A model generated the notes under the pieces. The model was not told the origin of the DNA. It was given only the letters and a program-made list of their open reading frames with translations, and searched no databases. The translations under genes were made by a program, and so were the position numbers. From positions 23,703-87,702 of the forward strand of contig NIVC01000649.1 of the NCBI GenBank assembly GCA_002269645.1: a stretch of 64,000 bases of DNA, read 5' to 3'. Shown here piece after piece: positions 1 through 12,670 of this stretch (positions are counted from its first letter, which is position 1; each line of letters starts with the position of its first letter). The stretch comes from Macrostomum lignano (taxonomy: Eukaryota).

Positions 1-135
1 TCACATCTACTACTCTAAATGAATCTACCCTCATATCTACTCCTATTCGAAATAAATCTACCTTCACATCTACTACTCTAAATGAATCTACCCTCAAATC
101 TACTCCTATTCTAAATGAATCTACATCTTTCTACT
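1..135. repeat. Short degenerate tandem repeat, ~30-34 bp unit (catctactactctaaatgaatctaccctca-like)
   Basis: About four imperfect copies at the window start, probably intronic in PDS5. Confidence 0.6.
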
Positions 136-287
136 TTAAATTTCGGTTTATTCTTCAGTAAAACTTTTTAAATCATGCGACGTACTTTTTATACTACTAC
201 CAATTTTGTCAAAGTATGAGCCTGTTTACCCCAGCAACCACAACTCCCCATGCAATCCGATTTTGCAGTGTTTGCCAATCTGTCCAG

Positions 288-1677
288 CTGATTGCTCGCG
301 CAGCGCATCGAGCGGCCACCGGCAGCAGAGGCGGCCCAGCCCTTGGCTATCTGATACGCAACATTGTCGGCACAGATCTTCCTCTGGCACTCAGACCGTA
401 CTCATCTGAGCTGGCCTTGGATGCATCTGCAGCTTGTCTTCGCTGCCTACTGACTGCCGAGCCTGCGGTAGGCAGGTGGGACTGGCCAGGCGGTCCCGCA
501 GCTGGCCTCGACGCAGCCGCAGCCTCTTTAAATCGACTACTAGATGAAGCTCCAGAATTAATTCGGCAATCTTCGACTGTTGGCCTACTGTTGGATAGTT
601 GCGTTGCTATGGCAATGACGGCCGAGTCTGACAACTGCTTAGCTGTCAGATTTCTAAGGGAAAATATTGAGTCATTTAGTAAACTGATTGCCGCCGAACT
701 GGAGACTCGGATTGTGCGAGCGTTGCGCGTTGATGAAGATTTGGATGATGGAGGCGGTGAGATTCTGGTGGTTGGCTATCTGCGGGTTGTCGTCTGGGTC
801 TTTCTAAGCGTAAGGATCCTGGCTCCTGCTAGCTGGCAATTCAACATCTCTATATCCTGATGTGTCATGGCACACAAGGGCCAGCCCTAAAGGCATTGGA
901 CTGTGTGCAACCCGGCACACTTTAAGCGACATTTTCACACCACCGGCGAGAGGCATTGCTGCCCATTCCACCGACTCCCCTGAGCAGGCACACACTCACA
1001 CAGGAGTGTACAGCCCTCAAGGACGTTAATTGCACGAGCAGAGCCAAGCCGAGATTCCAATTTAGCCCCAAATTAATGTGACTGCACTTGGAATCGAGCC
1101 TGGGCCGCTGGCACATCAAAGCGCCGCGCGAAACCACTGGGCTACGGTCCTCAGACTTGACGATTAGAAAGTCATCGTTGGTTTTCGGGACGACACTTTA
1201 GTATCTAAGTCTGTCATAGTGTCTTGGTGCACAGATTTGACTGTACCAAGAGATAATCTGGATTTTTCCTTACCCCAGCTTACCCTAATCCCGAATCCGT
1301 CAGGCTGCGACATCAATGAAGCAGCCGCTGAAGCCCAGGAGCTGTTCGCCATCGAGCAGCTGGCCCTGCTGCTGCCGGCAGCGCATCGCTTGTCAACCAC
1401 CGAGCTTGGCGTCCCCGGCCTGAACGCTCGAATACTGCTGCCCCGGCTTCGGTCTCAGCGGGTGGCGGATCGGCTCAGAGCCTGCCGGCAGCTCAGCCGC
1501 CTGATGCTCGTTGGCAGCAGCGACGGTGTGGCCAGGCGGAGCTTCGTCGAAGGCGGCTGGAAAGCTCTGGTAGCCAGGTTCAACGATGTGGCGCCTGCGG
1601 TTAGGTGAGAAGCTGACTGTCTTCTATTGTGTCTGTGTGTCTGTCTGTCTGTCTGTCTGTGTGTGTGTGTGTCTGCG

Positions 1678-1738
<61 letters not shown>

Positions 1739-1821
1739 CTGTCTGTCTGTCTGTTTATCTCTGTCTGTCTGTCTCTGTCTGCCTGTCTGTCTGTCTGTCT
1801 GTCTCTGTCTGCCTGTCTGCC

Positions 1822-1872
<51 letters not shown>

Positions 1873-1881
1873 GTGTCTGTG

Positions 1882-1936
<55 letters not shown>

Positions 1937-4900
1937 AAGTAAGAGCTGTAGCAACTTATCCCCCCAAAAATATCTGACTTGATATCATTGCAGACGGATT
2001 TGTTTATCGGCAGTGCCAAAACTCTGCACTTTTATTGACACATTCGCATCCGAATGTGACGCCAGCAATAATACTACTGACAATAGTAGTAAGCCAAGTA
2101 AAAATAATAATATTAAGTTTGATTTCGAAGCATTTGACGATTTGCGTCAAGCCTTTAAACTGCGAGCAGTTGATGCGGATGAGTCAGTGAGACTGGCGCT
2201 GGTGGCGGCTCTGGACGCTTTGCCCGCTGGCTTTGAGACAGAGTTCAGGGTGAGTGTTCAGGCAGTTCAGGGTGAGTGTTCAGGTAGTTCAGGGTGAGTG
2301 TTCAGGTAGTTCAGGGTGAGTGTTCAGGCAGTTCAGGGTGAGTGTTCAGGTAGTTCAGGGTGAGTGTTCAGGTAGTTCAGGGTGAGTGTTCAGGTAGTTC
2401 AGGGTGAGTGTTCAGGTAGTTCAGGGTGAGTGTTCAGGCAGTTCAGGGTGAGTGTTCAGGTAGTTCAGGGTGAGTGTTCAGGTAGTTCAGGGTGAGTGTT
2501 CAGGCAGTTCAGGGTGAGTGTTCAGGTAGTTTAGGGTGAGTGTTCAGGTAGTTCAGGGTGAGTGTTCAGGTAGTTCAGGGTGAGTGTTCAGGTAGTTCAG
2601 GGTGAGTGTTCAGGTAGTTCAGGGTGAGTGTTCAGGCAGTTCAGGGTGAGTGTTCAGGTAGTTCAGGGTGAGTGTTCAGGTAGTTCAGGGTGAGTGTTCA
2701 GGCAGTTCAGGGTGAGTGTTCAGGTAGTTCAGGGTGAGTGTTCAGGCAGTTCAGGGTGAGTGTTCAGGTAGTTCAGGGTGAGTGTTCAGGTAGTTCAGGG
2801 TGAGTGTTCAGGCAGTTCAGGGTGAGTGTTCAGGTAGTTCAGGGTGAGTGTTCAGGTAGTTCAGGGTGAGTGTTCAGGTAGTTCAGGGTGAGTGTTCAGG
2901 TAGTTCAGGGTGAGTGTTCAGGTAGTTCAGGGTGAGTGTTCAGGCAGTTCAGGGTGAGCGTTAAAGTAGTTCAGGATGAATTCATGCTAGAGCAGCTCAT
3001 TATAGTTTTAAGTAGTTTAGAGTAGAGAGAAAATTTGAGCAGTTCAGTGTAGATTTGAGCAGTTCAGTGTAGATTTGAGCAGTTCAAGGTAGATTTGAGC
3101 AGTTCAGGTAGATTTGAGCAGTTCAAGGTAGATTTGAGCAGGGTAGTACCTCACTTTCCTCATCATACTTTTTATCATATCAACCAGACAAGTATAATGG
3201 CGGCTCGTTCTCGCGACCTGTCGTCCCGGGTTCGAATCCGGGCCTTATGCTCCCTGGCCAGCCTGTCGGTAGCAGCCGGGCCGGCAGCTGGGGGTTCCGC
3301 GATCGGCAGCTTCATCGAAGACTCCCAATTGAGTCACGTGAACGCCGCAGCCAGCGCTTTGATGTCCGCCTATCGACTGCATCCGATTGAGGTTGAGCGA
3401 CATATCGCCGACCTGTTAACGGTAGCTAGCCAGTCTCTGGGCGGTTATTCTCCAGCTCAGAGTCGGGCCTTCGTGTTGCTGGCTCGATGGCGAGGCTTTT
3501 TAGCGCAAGGCGCCGCTACTAAGGCTGCTGGGGCGTTTCTGCAGATGCTGAAGAGTCTGTGGCATGTTAATCAGGTGAGTTATAGTTGTCTTATTGATAA
3601 TGCCTTCTGACACTTGCTGTCATCCTGTCTGACACTTGCTGTCATCCTGTCTGACACTTGCTGTCATCCTGTCTGACACTTGCTGTCATCCTGTCTGACA
3701 CTTGCTGTCATCCTGTCTGACACTTGCTGTCATCCTGTCTGACACTTGCTGTCATCCTGTCTGACACTTGCTGTCATCCCATCTGACACACTTGCTGTTA
3801 TCCTGTCTGACACTTGCTGTCATACTGTCTGACCCTTGCTGTCATCCTGTCTGACACTTGCTGTCATCCTGTCTGACCCTTGCTGTTATCCTGTCTGACA
3901 CTTGCTGTCATCCTGTCTGACCCTTGCTGTTATCCCATCTGACACACTTGCTGTCATCCTGTCTGACACTTGCTGTATCCTGTCTGACACTTGCTGTTAT
4001 CCTATCTGACACACTTGCTGTTATCCCATCTGACACAATTGCTGTCATCCTGTCTGACACTTGCTGTCATCCTGTCTGACACTTGCTGTTATTCTATCTG
4101 ACACACTTGCTGTTATCCCATCTGACACCCTTGCTGTTATCCTATCTGACACCCTTGCTGTTATCCCATCTGACACCCTTGCTGTTATCCCATCTGACAC
4201 ACTTGCTGTTATCCCATCTGACACACTTGCTGTTATCCCATCTGACACACTTGCTGTTATCCTATCTGACACACTTGTTGTTATCCTGTCTGACACACTT
4301 GCTGTTATCCCATCTGACACACTTGCTGTTATCCCATCTGACACACTTGCTGTTATCCTATCTGACACACTTGCTGTTATCCCATCTGACACACTTGCTG
4401 TTATCCTGTCTGACACACTTGCTGTTATCCCATCTGACACACTTGCTGTTATCCTATCTGACACACTTGCTGTTATCCTATCTGACACACTTGCTGTTAT
4501 CCCATCTGACACACTTGCTGTTATCCCATCTGACACACTTGCTGTTATCCCATCTGACACACTTGCTGTTATCCCATCTGACACACTTGCTGTTATCCCA
4601 TCTGACACACTTGCTGTTTCAATTGTCCTAATAAAATGGCTCCAGCTATTCAGACAGACCCTGGCCTACCTGGAGTCGGCCAGCTCAGACAAATCCTCAA
4701 ACTCTCAGGCGTGGCTGACCAACCGAATGCGCACCTTAGCCACTTATTTCCCTATTGAGCATCATTCCGCCAGCTATGTGCAACAGTCGCTATTGAATCT
4801 GCACAAACGATTGGCTAAATCAACGAAAGGAACCGAACTGCATCGGTTGTTGGCCTCTGACTGCGATTTAGAAACTGCCAATCGATTGAGGCGTCGAATT

Positions 4901-7900
4901 TCTATTAGTTCGGCTATCAATTCGCTGAGTAGTGATGAGAAGGCCTTGGCAACCGCTCTGCTGACTCGGCTGGGTCCGTGTCTTGTTGATAGGGCCAGTT
5001 TTGTTGCTTTGATTAGCGCTGCTCAGCCAGGATCGTTGGATGATTTACAGCTTATCAATGCTTTGATCTTTTATCGGCCTGAGCTGTTGAACTGCGCTCA
5101 GCCTCTGCTGGGTGAGTCTAGGTTCAGGTAGCTTGCTGTAGATTCAGATAGCCTATTGGTAGCTTCAGATAGCTTATTGGTAGCTTCAGATAGCCTATTG
5201 GTAGCTTCAGATAGCTTATTGGTAGCTTCAGATAGCTTATTGGTAGCTTCAGATAGCTTATTGGTAGCTTCAGATAGCTTATTGGTAGCTTCAGATAGCT
5301 TATTGGTAGCTTCAGATAGCCTATTGGTAGCTTCAGATAGCCTATTGGTAGCTTCAGATAGCCTATTGGTAGCTTCAGATAGCTTATTGGTAGCTTCAGA
5401 TAGCTTATTGGTAGCTTCAGGTAGCTTATTGGTAGCTTCAGATAGCCTATTGGTAGCTTCAGATAGCTTATTGGTAGCTTCAGATAGCTTATTGGTAGCT
5501 TCAGGTAGCTTATTGGTAGCTTCAGATAGCCTATTGGTAGCTTCAGATAGCCTATTGGTAGCTTCAGATAGCTTATTGGTAGCTTCAGATAGCCTATTGG
5601 TAGCTTCAGATAGCTTATTGGTAGCTTCAGATAGCCTATTGGTAGCTTCAGATAGCTTATTGGTAGCTTCAGAAAGCTTATTGGTAGCTTCAGGTAGCTT
5701 ATTGGTAGCTTCAGATAGCTTAATGGTAGGTTCAGGTAGCTTAATGGTAGATTCAGGTAGCTTAATGGTAGGTTCAGGTAGCTTAATGGTAGGTTCAGGT
5801 AGCTTAATGGTAGATTCAGGTAGCTCAGTGGTAGGTTCAGGTAACTTATTGGTAGATTCAGGTAGCTTAATGGTAGATTTAGGTAGCTTAATGGTAGGTT
5901 CAGGTAGCTTAATGGTAGATTTAGGTAGCTTAATCGTAGATTCAAGTAGCTCAGTGGTAGGTTCAGGTAACTTATTGGTAGATACAGGTAGCTTAATATT
6001 AGGTTCAGGTAGCTTGCTGTAGATTCGGATAGCCTATTGGTAGCTTCAGATAGCTTATTGGTAGGTTCAGGTAGCTTAATGGTAGGCTCAGGTAGCTTAT
6101 TGGTAGGCTCAGGTAGCTTATTGGTAGGCTCAGATAGCTTATTGGTAGGCTCAGGTAGCTTATTGGTAGGCTCAGGTAGCTTATTGGTAGATTCAAGCAG
6201 CTGATCGCTAGCCCACATTCCATTTCAACATTGTCTCCTAGACTTGCTAGTGGCATCCCTAGACGCTGCCCCAGTGCCTGTCAATCAGTCATCAGCCAGA
6301 GCTCCCAGTCGAATCCTCTGCTGCCTTCGAATCCTGGACACATCGCTAACGTCCACCCCTGCTAGCGCAGAAATCGCTTCAAGTCCGCTGACAGAATCAA
6401 TCGAAGCTCGACTCGTATCTCTGTGCCAATCCGAGGAATCGCTAGTCTCCAAGGCGGCTATTGGTTGCTTAGCAACGCTAACGGCTTTCTCATCGTCTGC
6501 TCAGAAGTCGAACAGTCCGAATATTGCTTGGCTAGCAGAAGCTGCTCTGACGGCCGATTGGAAGTCAGGCGCGTGTCGGGAAAATCCGATTCGATTGTTG
6601 GATGCGTTCGGCCATTTGATGAAGTCTCCATTGGCTGAGAGGCTGGGTCTGCTGCAGATGGATCGGATTGGGAATTTCCTGACTAACGAGCTGCTGCCTC
6701 TCATTGGTAAAGGCGTTGTAGCAACTGGTGCTGCAGTTCAAGACGCCCAGAAGTCTGCTAGAATGGATCTGACAGCTTGGACACCTTGGGAGAAATTGTC
6801 TGACAATACCAGATTGCGTTTGGCTGCGATCAAGTGTCTGACTAGGTGTCTGGCTGGCCTGAGACTGGTGAGGAGGATTTCGTTTGGTGTTTTTGGGTGT
6901 GAAGAGGTTTAAAGAGGGTAGGAGAGGGTAGGAGAGGGTAGGAGAGGGTGAGAGAGGGTAGGAGAGGGTAGGAGAGGGTGAGAGAGGGTAGGAGAGGGTA
7001 GGAGAGGGTGAGAGAGGGTAGGAGAGGGTGAGAGAGGGTAGGAGAGGGTGAGAGAGGGTAGGAGAGGGTGAGAGAGGGTAGGAGAGGGTGAGAGAGGGTA
7101 GGAGAGGGTGAGAGAGGGTAGGAGAGGGTAAGAGAGGGTGAGAGAGGGTAGGAAAGAGTGAAAGAGGGTAGGGAAGAGTGAGAGAGGGTAGGGAAGAGTG
7201 AGAGAGGGTAGGGAAGAGTGAGAGAGGGTAGGGAAGAGTGAGAGAGGTTAGGGAAGAATGAGAGAGGGTAGGGAAGAATGAGAGAGGGTAGGGAAGAGTG
7301 AGAGAGGGTAGGAAAATGGCAAAACGAGTGAGAGAATGTTGGTGAGAATGGGAACTATCTAGCGAGAGTGAGAGGGTAGAAAAGAGTCAATCAGTGCCTT
7401 CAAGGGTAAAACAGTAGGAGAGGTGAAGACAGTGCACCCAAGAAACAAAGGGTCGCATATTTCCCCAATGCGAAATGCCGTTCAATCGCAAACCAGGCCC
7501 CTGAGGAAGAGTTCGCCGACTCTCAAGATGCAGCCAACTGGGACGCAGTCGTCTCCCAGTCTATCGACGCCCTCCACTCGCTGCTTCTCGCCGACGGTCA
7601 GCCTGACATCGCCATTGAAGCCACTCCGTCTGGCGACCTCAGTCAGCTGCGACTGACAGCGGCTGGCCGGCTGATCGGCCTGACCCGGCACCGGGCTTAT
7701 CAGCGCCGGCTGACGCGACCTGACCTGCTGCAGGCGCTGCTGTACACGGCCGCCTGCGATCCGTGCCCGACTGTGCGACGTCGGCTGCTGCTGTCGAAGC
7801 TGCACAGCGGGCTGGCGCGTCTGCGACTGCCGAACGACTTTTTAGCAGCGTACGCCTTTGTCACCGAGGCGGCTGGCGGCGGCAAAGACAGCGACTTTCA

Positions 7901-9614
7901 GCGGCTGGCCTGCGCCAGTCTGCGGCGGGTCGTGGCTAAGCGGCGGCAGTTTATGGCCGCGAATTGGGATCAGGTAGGGTTTTGTGATGGCCTGCACTCC
8001 CAGATCCTCAGTTGCTGGACCAGCCTCCCAGATCCTCAGTTGCTAGGCCAGCCACCCAGATCCTCAGTTGCTGAGCCACCAGCCTCCCAGATCCCCAGTT
8101 TCTGAGCCACCAGCCTTTCAGATCCCCAGTTGCTGGGCCACCAGCCTTTCAGATCCTCAGTTGCTAGTCCAGCCTCCCAGATCCCCAGTTGCTGGGCCAC
8201 CAGCCTTTCAGATCCCCAGTTGCTGGGCCACCAGCCTCTCAGATCCTCAGTTGTTGGGCCACCAGCCTCCCAGATCCTCAGTTGCTGAGCCACCAGCCTT
8301 TCAGATCCTCAGTTGCTGGTCCAGCCTCCCAGATCCCCAGTTGCTGGGCCACCAGCCTTTCAGATCCTCAGTTGCTGGGCCACCAGCCTTTCAGATCCTC
8401 AGTTGCTGGGCCACCAGCCTTTCAGATCCCAGTTGCTAGGCCACCAGCCTTTCAGATCTAATACCCAAGGCACAGAGGCGTTTTTGGGGGTCGGCGGGAT
8501 GTGGATGACTCCCCAGATTCCAAAATTTATCCCTTCCCTCTCTCCCAACACAGGTGTCGCAGGACAGTCGCCTGTTTTACTCCCTGCTGCCCGAGGCCTG
8601 CCTGTCCACAGCGGTGCACCTGTGGGCGGGCGATCCGGACTTCCGGGAGCCGTCGGACTCGCGGCTGCTGGCGAGACCGTTGGCAGGGATGCGACTCCTG
8701 CTGCGGCAGCTGCTTGCCTCTAGTAGCAATGTTGGCAAAGGTTTGGACCTCAATGTGAATCTCATCCAGTCTGAGTGTGAATCTCAGCCAGTCTAAGTGT
8801 GAATCTCAGCCAGTCTAAGTGTGAATCTCAGCCAGTATAAGTGTGAACCTTATCCAGTCTTAGTGTGAATCTCAGCCAGTCTAATTGTGAATCTTAGCCA
8901 GTCTAATAGTGAACCTCATCCTATCAAAGAGTGAAGCTCATGCCATCTAAGATTGAATCTCATCCAGTCTGAGAGTGAATCCCATCCATTCTAAGATTGA
9001 ATCCCATCCATTCTAAGATTGAATCTCATCCAGTCTGAGAGTGAATCCCATCCATTCTAAGATTGAATCTCATCCTGTCTGAGAGTGAATCTCATCCTGC
9101 CTGTTCCTCAGCCTCCCTCAGCGGCGGCAGTCTGTTCACCTGGATCAGGCGCCTGCTAGAAAAGATTCGCTCCTCTCGCGACGCCCGATCGCCCGACAAC
9201 GACGCGGCAGCCGGTCGAATCCGAGCCGTGGCCGACCTGACCTTCGGCCTGCTGGTCACCCTGTCCTCAAAGTTTGTGGACGCTCAACTACCATTCGAAC
9301 CGCAGCTGCCCAAGAAGCTGTACTGCTTCCAATCTGGCGGATTATTGAAAGCCAATAATTACCCAGAGTTTTCCAGCTTGCCGGCAGACTTCCGGTTCCA
9401 GCAGCCGCGAAATCGGCAAGCCTTGGATAGCGGACTGATTCCGGCTAGTCGCGTAGCGGTCTCTAATCCAGATGCCAGACTGCTGACGTCCATGGCTGGT
9501 CGGAGAAGGAAATCCGACGGAGATAATTCCATAATTTCGTCTGAGGAGGAGGAGGAGGATTTGCAGGAGCCCCAAGTGGACAAGCGGCCACGGCAGAGGA
9601 GGAGCTGCCACTAA
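288..9614 (+). CDS. PDS5: PDS5 cohesin-associated HEAT-repeat protein, 5'-truncated by the window, 9 exons
   Basis: Exons ~288(start uncertain)-756, 1304-1604, 1994-2249, 3188-3574, 4646-5111, 6242-6867, 7497-7973, 8554-8740, 9112-9614; all GT-AG with compatible phases. Motifs match PDS5 in order: [13 protein letters not shown] (cf. YLGRFNDIHVPIR), [86 protein letters not shown]. Homology of the first exon is weaker. Confidence 0.9.
865..1152 (-). mobile_element. tRNA-derived SINE in PDS5 intron
   Basis: Minus strand: A-box-like TAGCCCAGTGG (~1146-1136), B-box-like GGCTCGATTCC (1100-1090), then a GTCCTTGAG...CACT...CTCAG...AATGGG central motif shared with the element at 50401. Confidence 0.6.
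1627..1936. repeat. (TCTG)n microsatellite
   Basis: Near-pure TCTG run filling a PDS5 intron. Confidence 0.97.
2243..2960. repeat. 22-bp minisatellite GTTCAGGGTGAGTGTTCAGG(T/C)A, ~32 copies
   Basis: Unit begins inside the exon end and contains the splice donor AGG|GTGAGT. Confidence 0.95.
3033..3140. repeat. ~20-bp repeat GAGCAGTTCAGTGTAGATTT, ~5 copies
   Basis: Direct inspection. Confidence 0.8.
3607..4616. repeat. 22/24-bp minisatellite CTGACA(CA)CTTGCTGTTATCCCAT
   Basis: 22-bp units on the left grade into 24-bp units on the right; fills a PDS5 intron. Confidence 0.95.
5120..6195. repeat. 21-bp minisatellite TTCAGATAGCTTATTGGTAGC
   Basis: Direct inspection; LLVASDS periodicity in the ORF track. 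Confidence 0.95.
6911..7312. repeat. 10-bp purine-rich repeat GGAGAGGGTA
   Basis: Direct inspection. Confidence 0.93.
7998..8458. repeat. ~28-31-bp minisatellite CCCAGATCCTCAGTTGCTGGGCCACCAGCCT
   Basis: Direct inspection; intronic in PDS5. Confidence 0.9.
8752..9098. repeat. ~22-bp degenerate minisatellite GTGAATCTCAGCCAGTCTAAGT
   Basis: Direct inspection; last PDS5 intron. Confidence 0.85.
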
Positions 9615-9740
9615 ATTAAAGACGTCTCGCAGACAAAATTGTTTTCTTTGGCGGAAAGTTCAAGGACTCGGGACAGCGTTCACTTTCTTAGAGAATACTT
9701 TTTTGAAGGCTGGCATTTTATTTATTACTAATAGTGAAGT

Positions 9741-10965
9741 TTGGGATTTGTGACGTTTGGGATTTGTGACGTTTGGGATTTGTGACGTTTGGGATTTGTG
9801 ACGTTTGGGATTTGTGACGTTTGGGATTTGTGACGTTTGGGATTTGTGACGTTTGGGATTTGTGATGTTTGGGATTTGTGACGTTTGGGATTTGTGAAGA
9901 ATTGGATTTGTGAAGAATGGGAGTTGTGAAGAATTGGATTTGAGAAGAATGGGATTTGAGAAGAATGGGATTTGAGAAGAATGGGATTTGAGAAAAATTG
10001 GATTTGTGAAGAATGGGATTTGTGAAGAATGGGATTTGAGAAGAATGGGATTTGTGAAGTTTAGGATTTGTGTAGTTTGGGTTTTGTGAAGTTTGGGGTT
10101 TGTGAAGTTTAGGATTTGTGTAGTTTGGGGTTTGTGAAGTTTGGGGTTTGTAAAGTTTTGGATTTGTGAAGAATGGGATTTGTGACGAATAGGATTTGTG
10201 AAGTTTGGGATTTTTAAAGAATTGGATTTGTGAAGTTTAGGATTTTTATAGAATTGGATTTGTGAAGTTTAGGATTTGTGTAGTTTGGGGTTTGTGAAGT
10301 TTGGGGTTTGTGAGGCTTTGGATTTGTGAAGAATGGGTCAATGGGATTTGTGAAGAATTGGATTTGTGACAAATGGGATTTGTGAAGAATGGGATTTGTG
10401 AAGAATGGGATTTGTGAAGAATGGGATTTGTGAAGAATGGGATTTGTGACGAATGGGATTTGTGAAGTTTGGGATTTTTAAAGAATGGGATTTGTGAAGT
10501 TTAGGATTTGTGAAGTTTGGGATTTTTAAAGAATGGGATTTGTGAAGTTTAGGATTTGTGAAGTTTGGGATTTGTGAAGAATGGAATTTGTGAAGAATGG
10601 GATTTGTGAAGTTTGTGATGTGTAAAGTTTGAGATGTGTGAAGAATGGGATTTGAGAAGAATGGGATTTGTGAAGAATGGGATTTGTGAAGAATGGGATT
10701 TGTGAAGTTTGGGATTTTTAAAGAATGGGATTTGTGAAGAATGGGATTTGTGAAGTTTGGGATTTTTAAAGAATGGGATTTGTGAAGAATGGGATTTGTG
10801 AAGAATGGGATTTGTGAAGTTTGGGATTTTTAAAGAATGGGATTTGTGAAGAATGGGGTTTGTGAAGTTTGGGATTTTTAAAGAATGGGATTTTTAAAGA
10901 ATGGGATTTGTGAAGAATGGGATTTGTGAAGAAAGGAATTTGTGAAAAAAAGGATTTGTGAAGTT
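9741..10965. repeat. 16-bp minisatellite GGGATTTGTGAAG(AAT/TTT)
   Basis: Direct inspection; downstream of the PDS5 stop. Confidence 0.93.
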
Positions 10966-11311
10966 TTCACCCAATATTAATACCTTACAAAAGACTGTCA
11001 AGGCCAAGGGGGTTGAATGCATGCCCCATTATTTGAGTCGCTATTTCTTAATTATAAATTTGAAAAAGAAACTGTTATTAGCTTGTATTGCTATTGTCTG
11101 TTTTTGCCAAAAATTAGCCGCTAGATTGGTTTTTCAGCAGATTTTTTATATAGCTTTTTCTGTTAAACTAGATTATTTTGAGTTATGATTTTTTAATATA
11201 TATTTCTATCTAATAAATAAAAGTTTTTTCGTTTTTCTTTAGTTTTTTGCTTCTTTCTGGTTTAGTTAATATCTATAAAGTTTTGCATTTCCACGGTTTA
11301 ATCTCTCCGTG

Positions 11312-12670
11312 TGTACTCCCTGACTCCCTGCCACCCCTGCGTCTCACCCCCACTGTACTCTCTGACTGCCACCCTGCGTCTCTCCCCCACTGTACTCTCT
11401 GACTGCCACCCCTGCGTCTCTCCCCCACTGTACTCTCTGACTGCCACCCCTGCGTCTCTCCCCCACTGTACTCTCTGACTGCCACCCCTGCGTCTCTCCC
11501 CCACTGTACTCTCTGACTGCCACCCCTGCGTCTCTCCCCCACTGTACTCTCTGACTGCCACCCCTGCGTCTCTCCCCACTGTACTCTCTGACTGCCACCC
11601 CTGCGTCTCTCCCCCACTGTACTCTCTGACTGCCACCCTACCCCTCCCCCCCACTGTACTCTCTGGCTGCCACCCTACCCCCCCCACTGTACTCTCTGGC
11701 TGCCACCCCTACCCCCCCACTCTACTCTCTGACTGCCACCCTACCCCTGCCCCCACTGTACTCTCTGAGTGCCACCCCTTCCCGTCCCCCCACTGTACTC
11801 TCTGACTGCCACCCTACGCCTCCCCCCTCCACTGTACTCTCTGACTGCCACCCCTTCCCGTCCCCCACTGTACTCTCTTCTCTGGCTGCCACCCCTACCC
11901 CCCCCCACTGTACTCTCTGACTGCCACCCCTTCCCGTCCCCCCACTGTACTCTCTGACTGCCACCCTACCCCTCCCCCTTCCACTGTACTCTCTGACTGC
12001 CACCTCTTCCCGTCTCCCACTGTACTCTCTGGCTGCCACCCCTTCCCGTCCCCCCACTGTACTCTCTGACTGCCACCCTACCCTCCCCCTCCACTGTACT
12101 CTCTGACTGCCACCCCTTCCCGTCCCCCACTGTACTCTCTGACTGCCACCCTACCCCTCCCCCTTCCACTGTACTCTCTGACTGCCACCTCTTCCCGTCT
12201 CCCACTGTACTCTCTGGCTGCCACCCCTTCCCGTCCCCCCACTGTACTCTCTGACTGCCACCCTACCCCTCCCCCCTCCACTGTACTCTCTGACTGCCAC
12301 CCCTTCCCGTCCCCCCACTGTACTCTCTGACTGCCACCATACCCCTCCCCCCACTGTACTCTCTGGCTGCCACCCTACCCCCCACTGTACTCTCTGGCTG
12401 CCACCCCTACCCCCCACTGTACTCTCTGACTGCCACCCTACCCCTGCCCCCCACTGTACTCTCTGACTGCCACCCCTTCCCGTCCCCCCACTGTACTCTC
12501 TGACTGCCACCCCTTCCCGTCCCCCCACTGTACTCTCTGACTGCCACCCTACGCCTCCCCGCTCCACTGTACTCTCTGACTGCCACCCCTTCCCGTCCCC
12601 CCACTGTACTCTCTGACTGCCACCTCTTCCCGTCTCCCACTGTACTTTCTGGCTGCCACCCCTTCCCGTC
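11312..12670. repeat. ~38-bp minisatellite CCCCCACTGTACTCTCTGACTGCCACCCCTGCGTCTCT
   Basis: Constant core with variable C-rich linker; intergenic. Confidence 0.93.
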
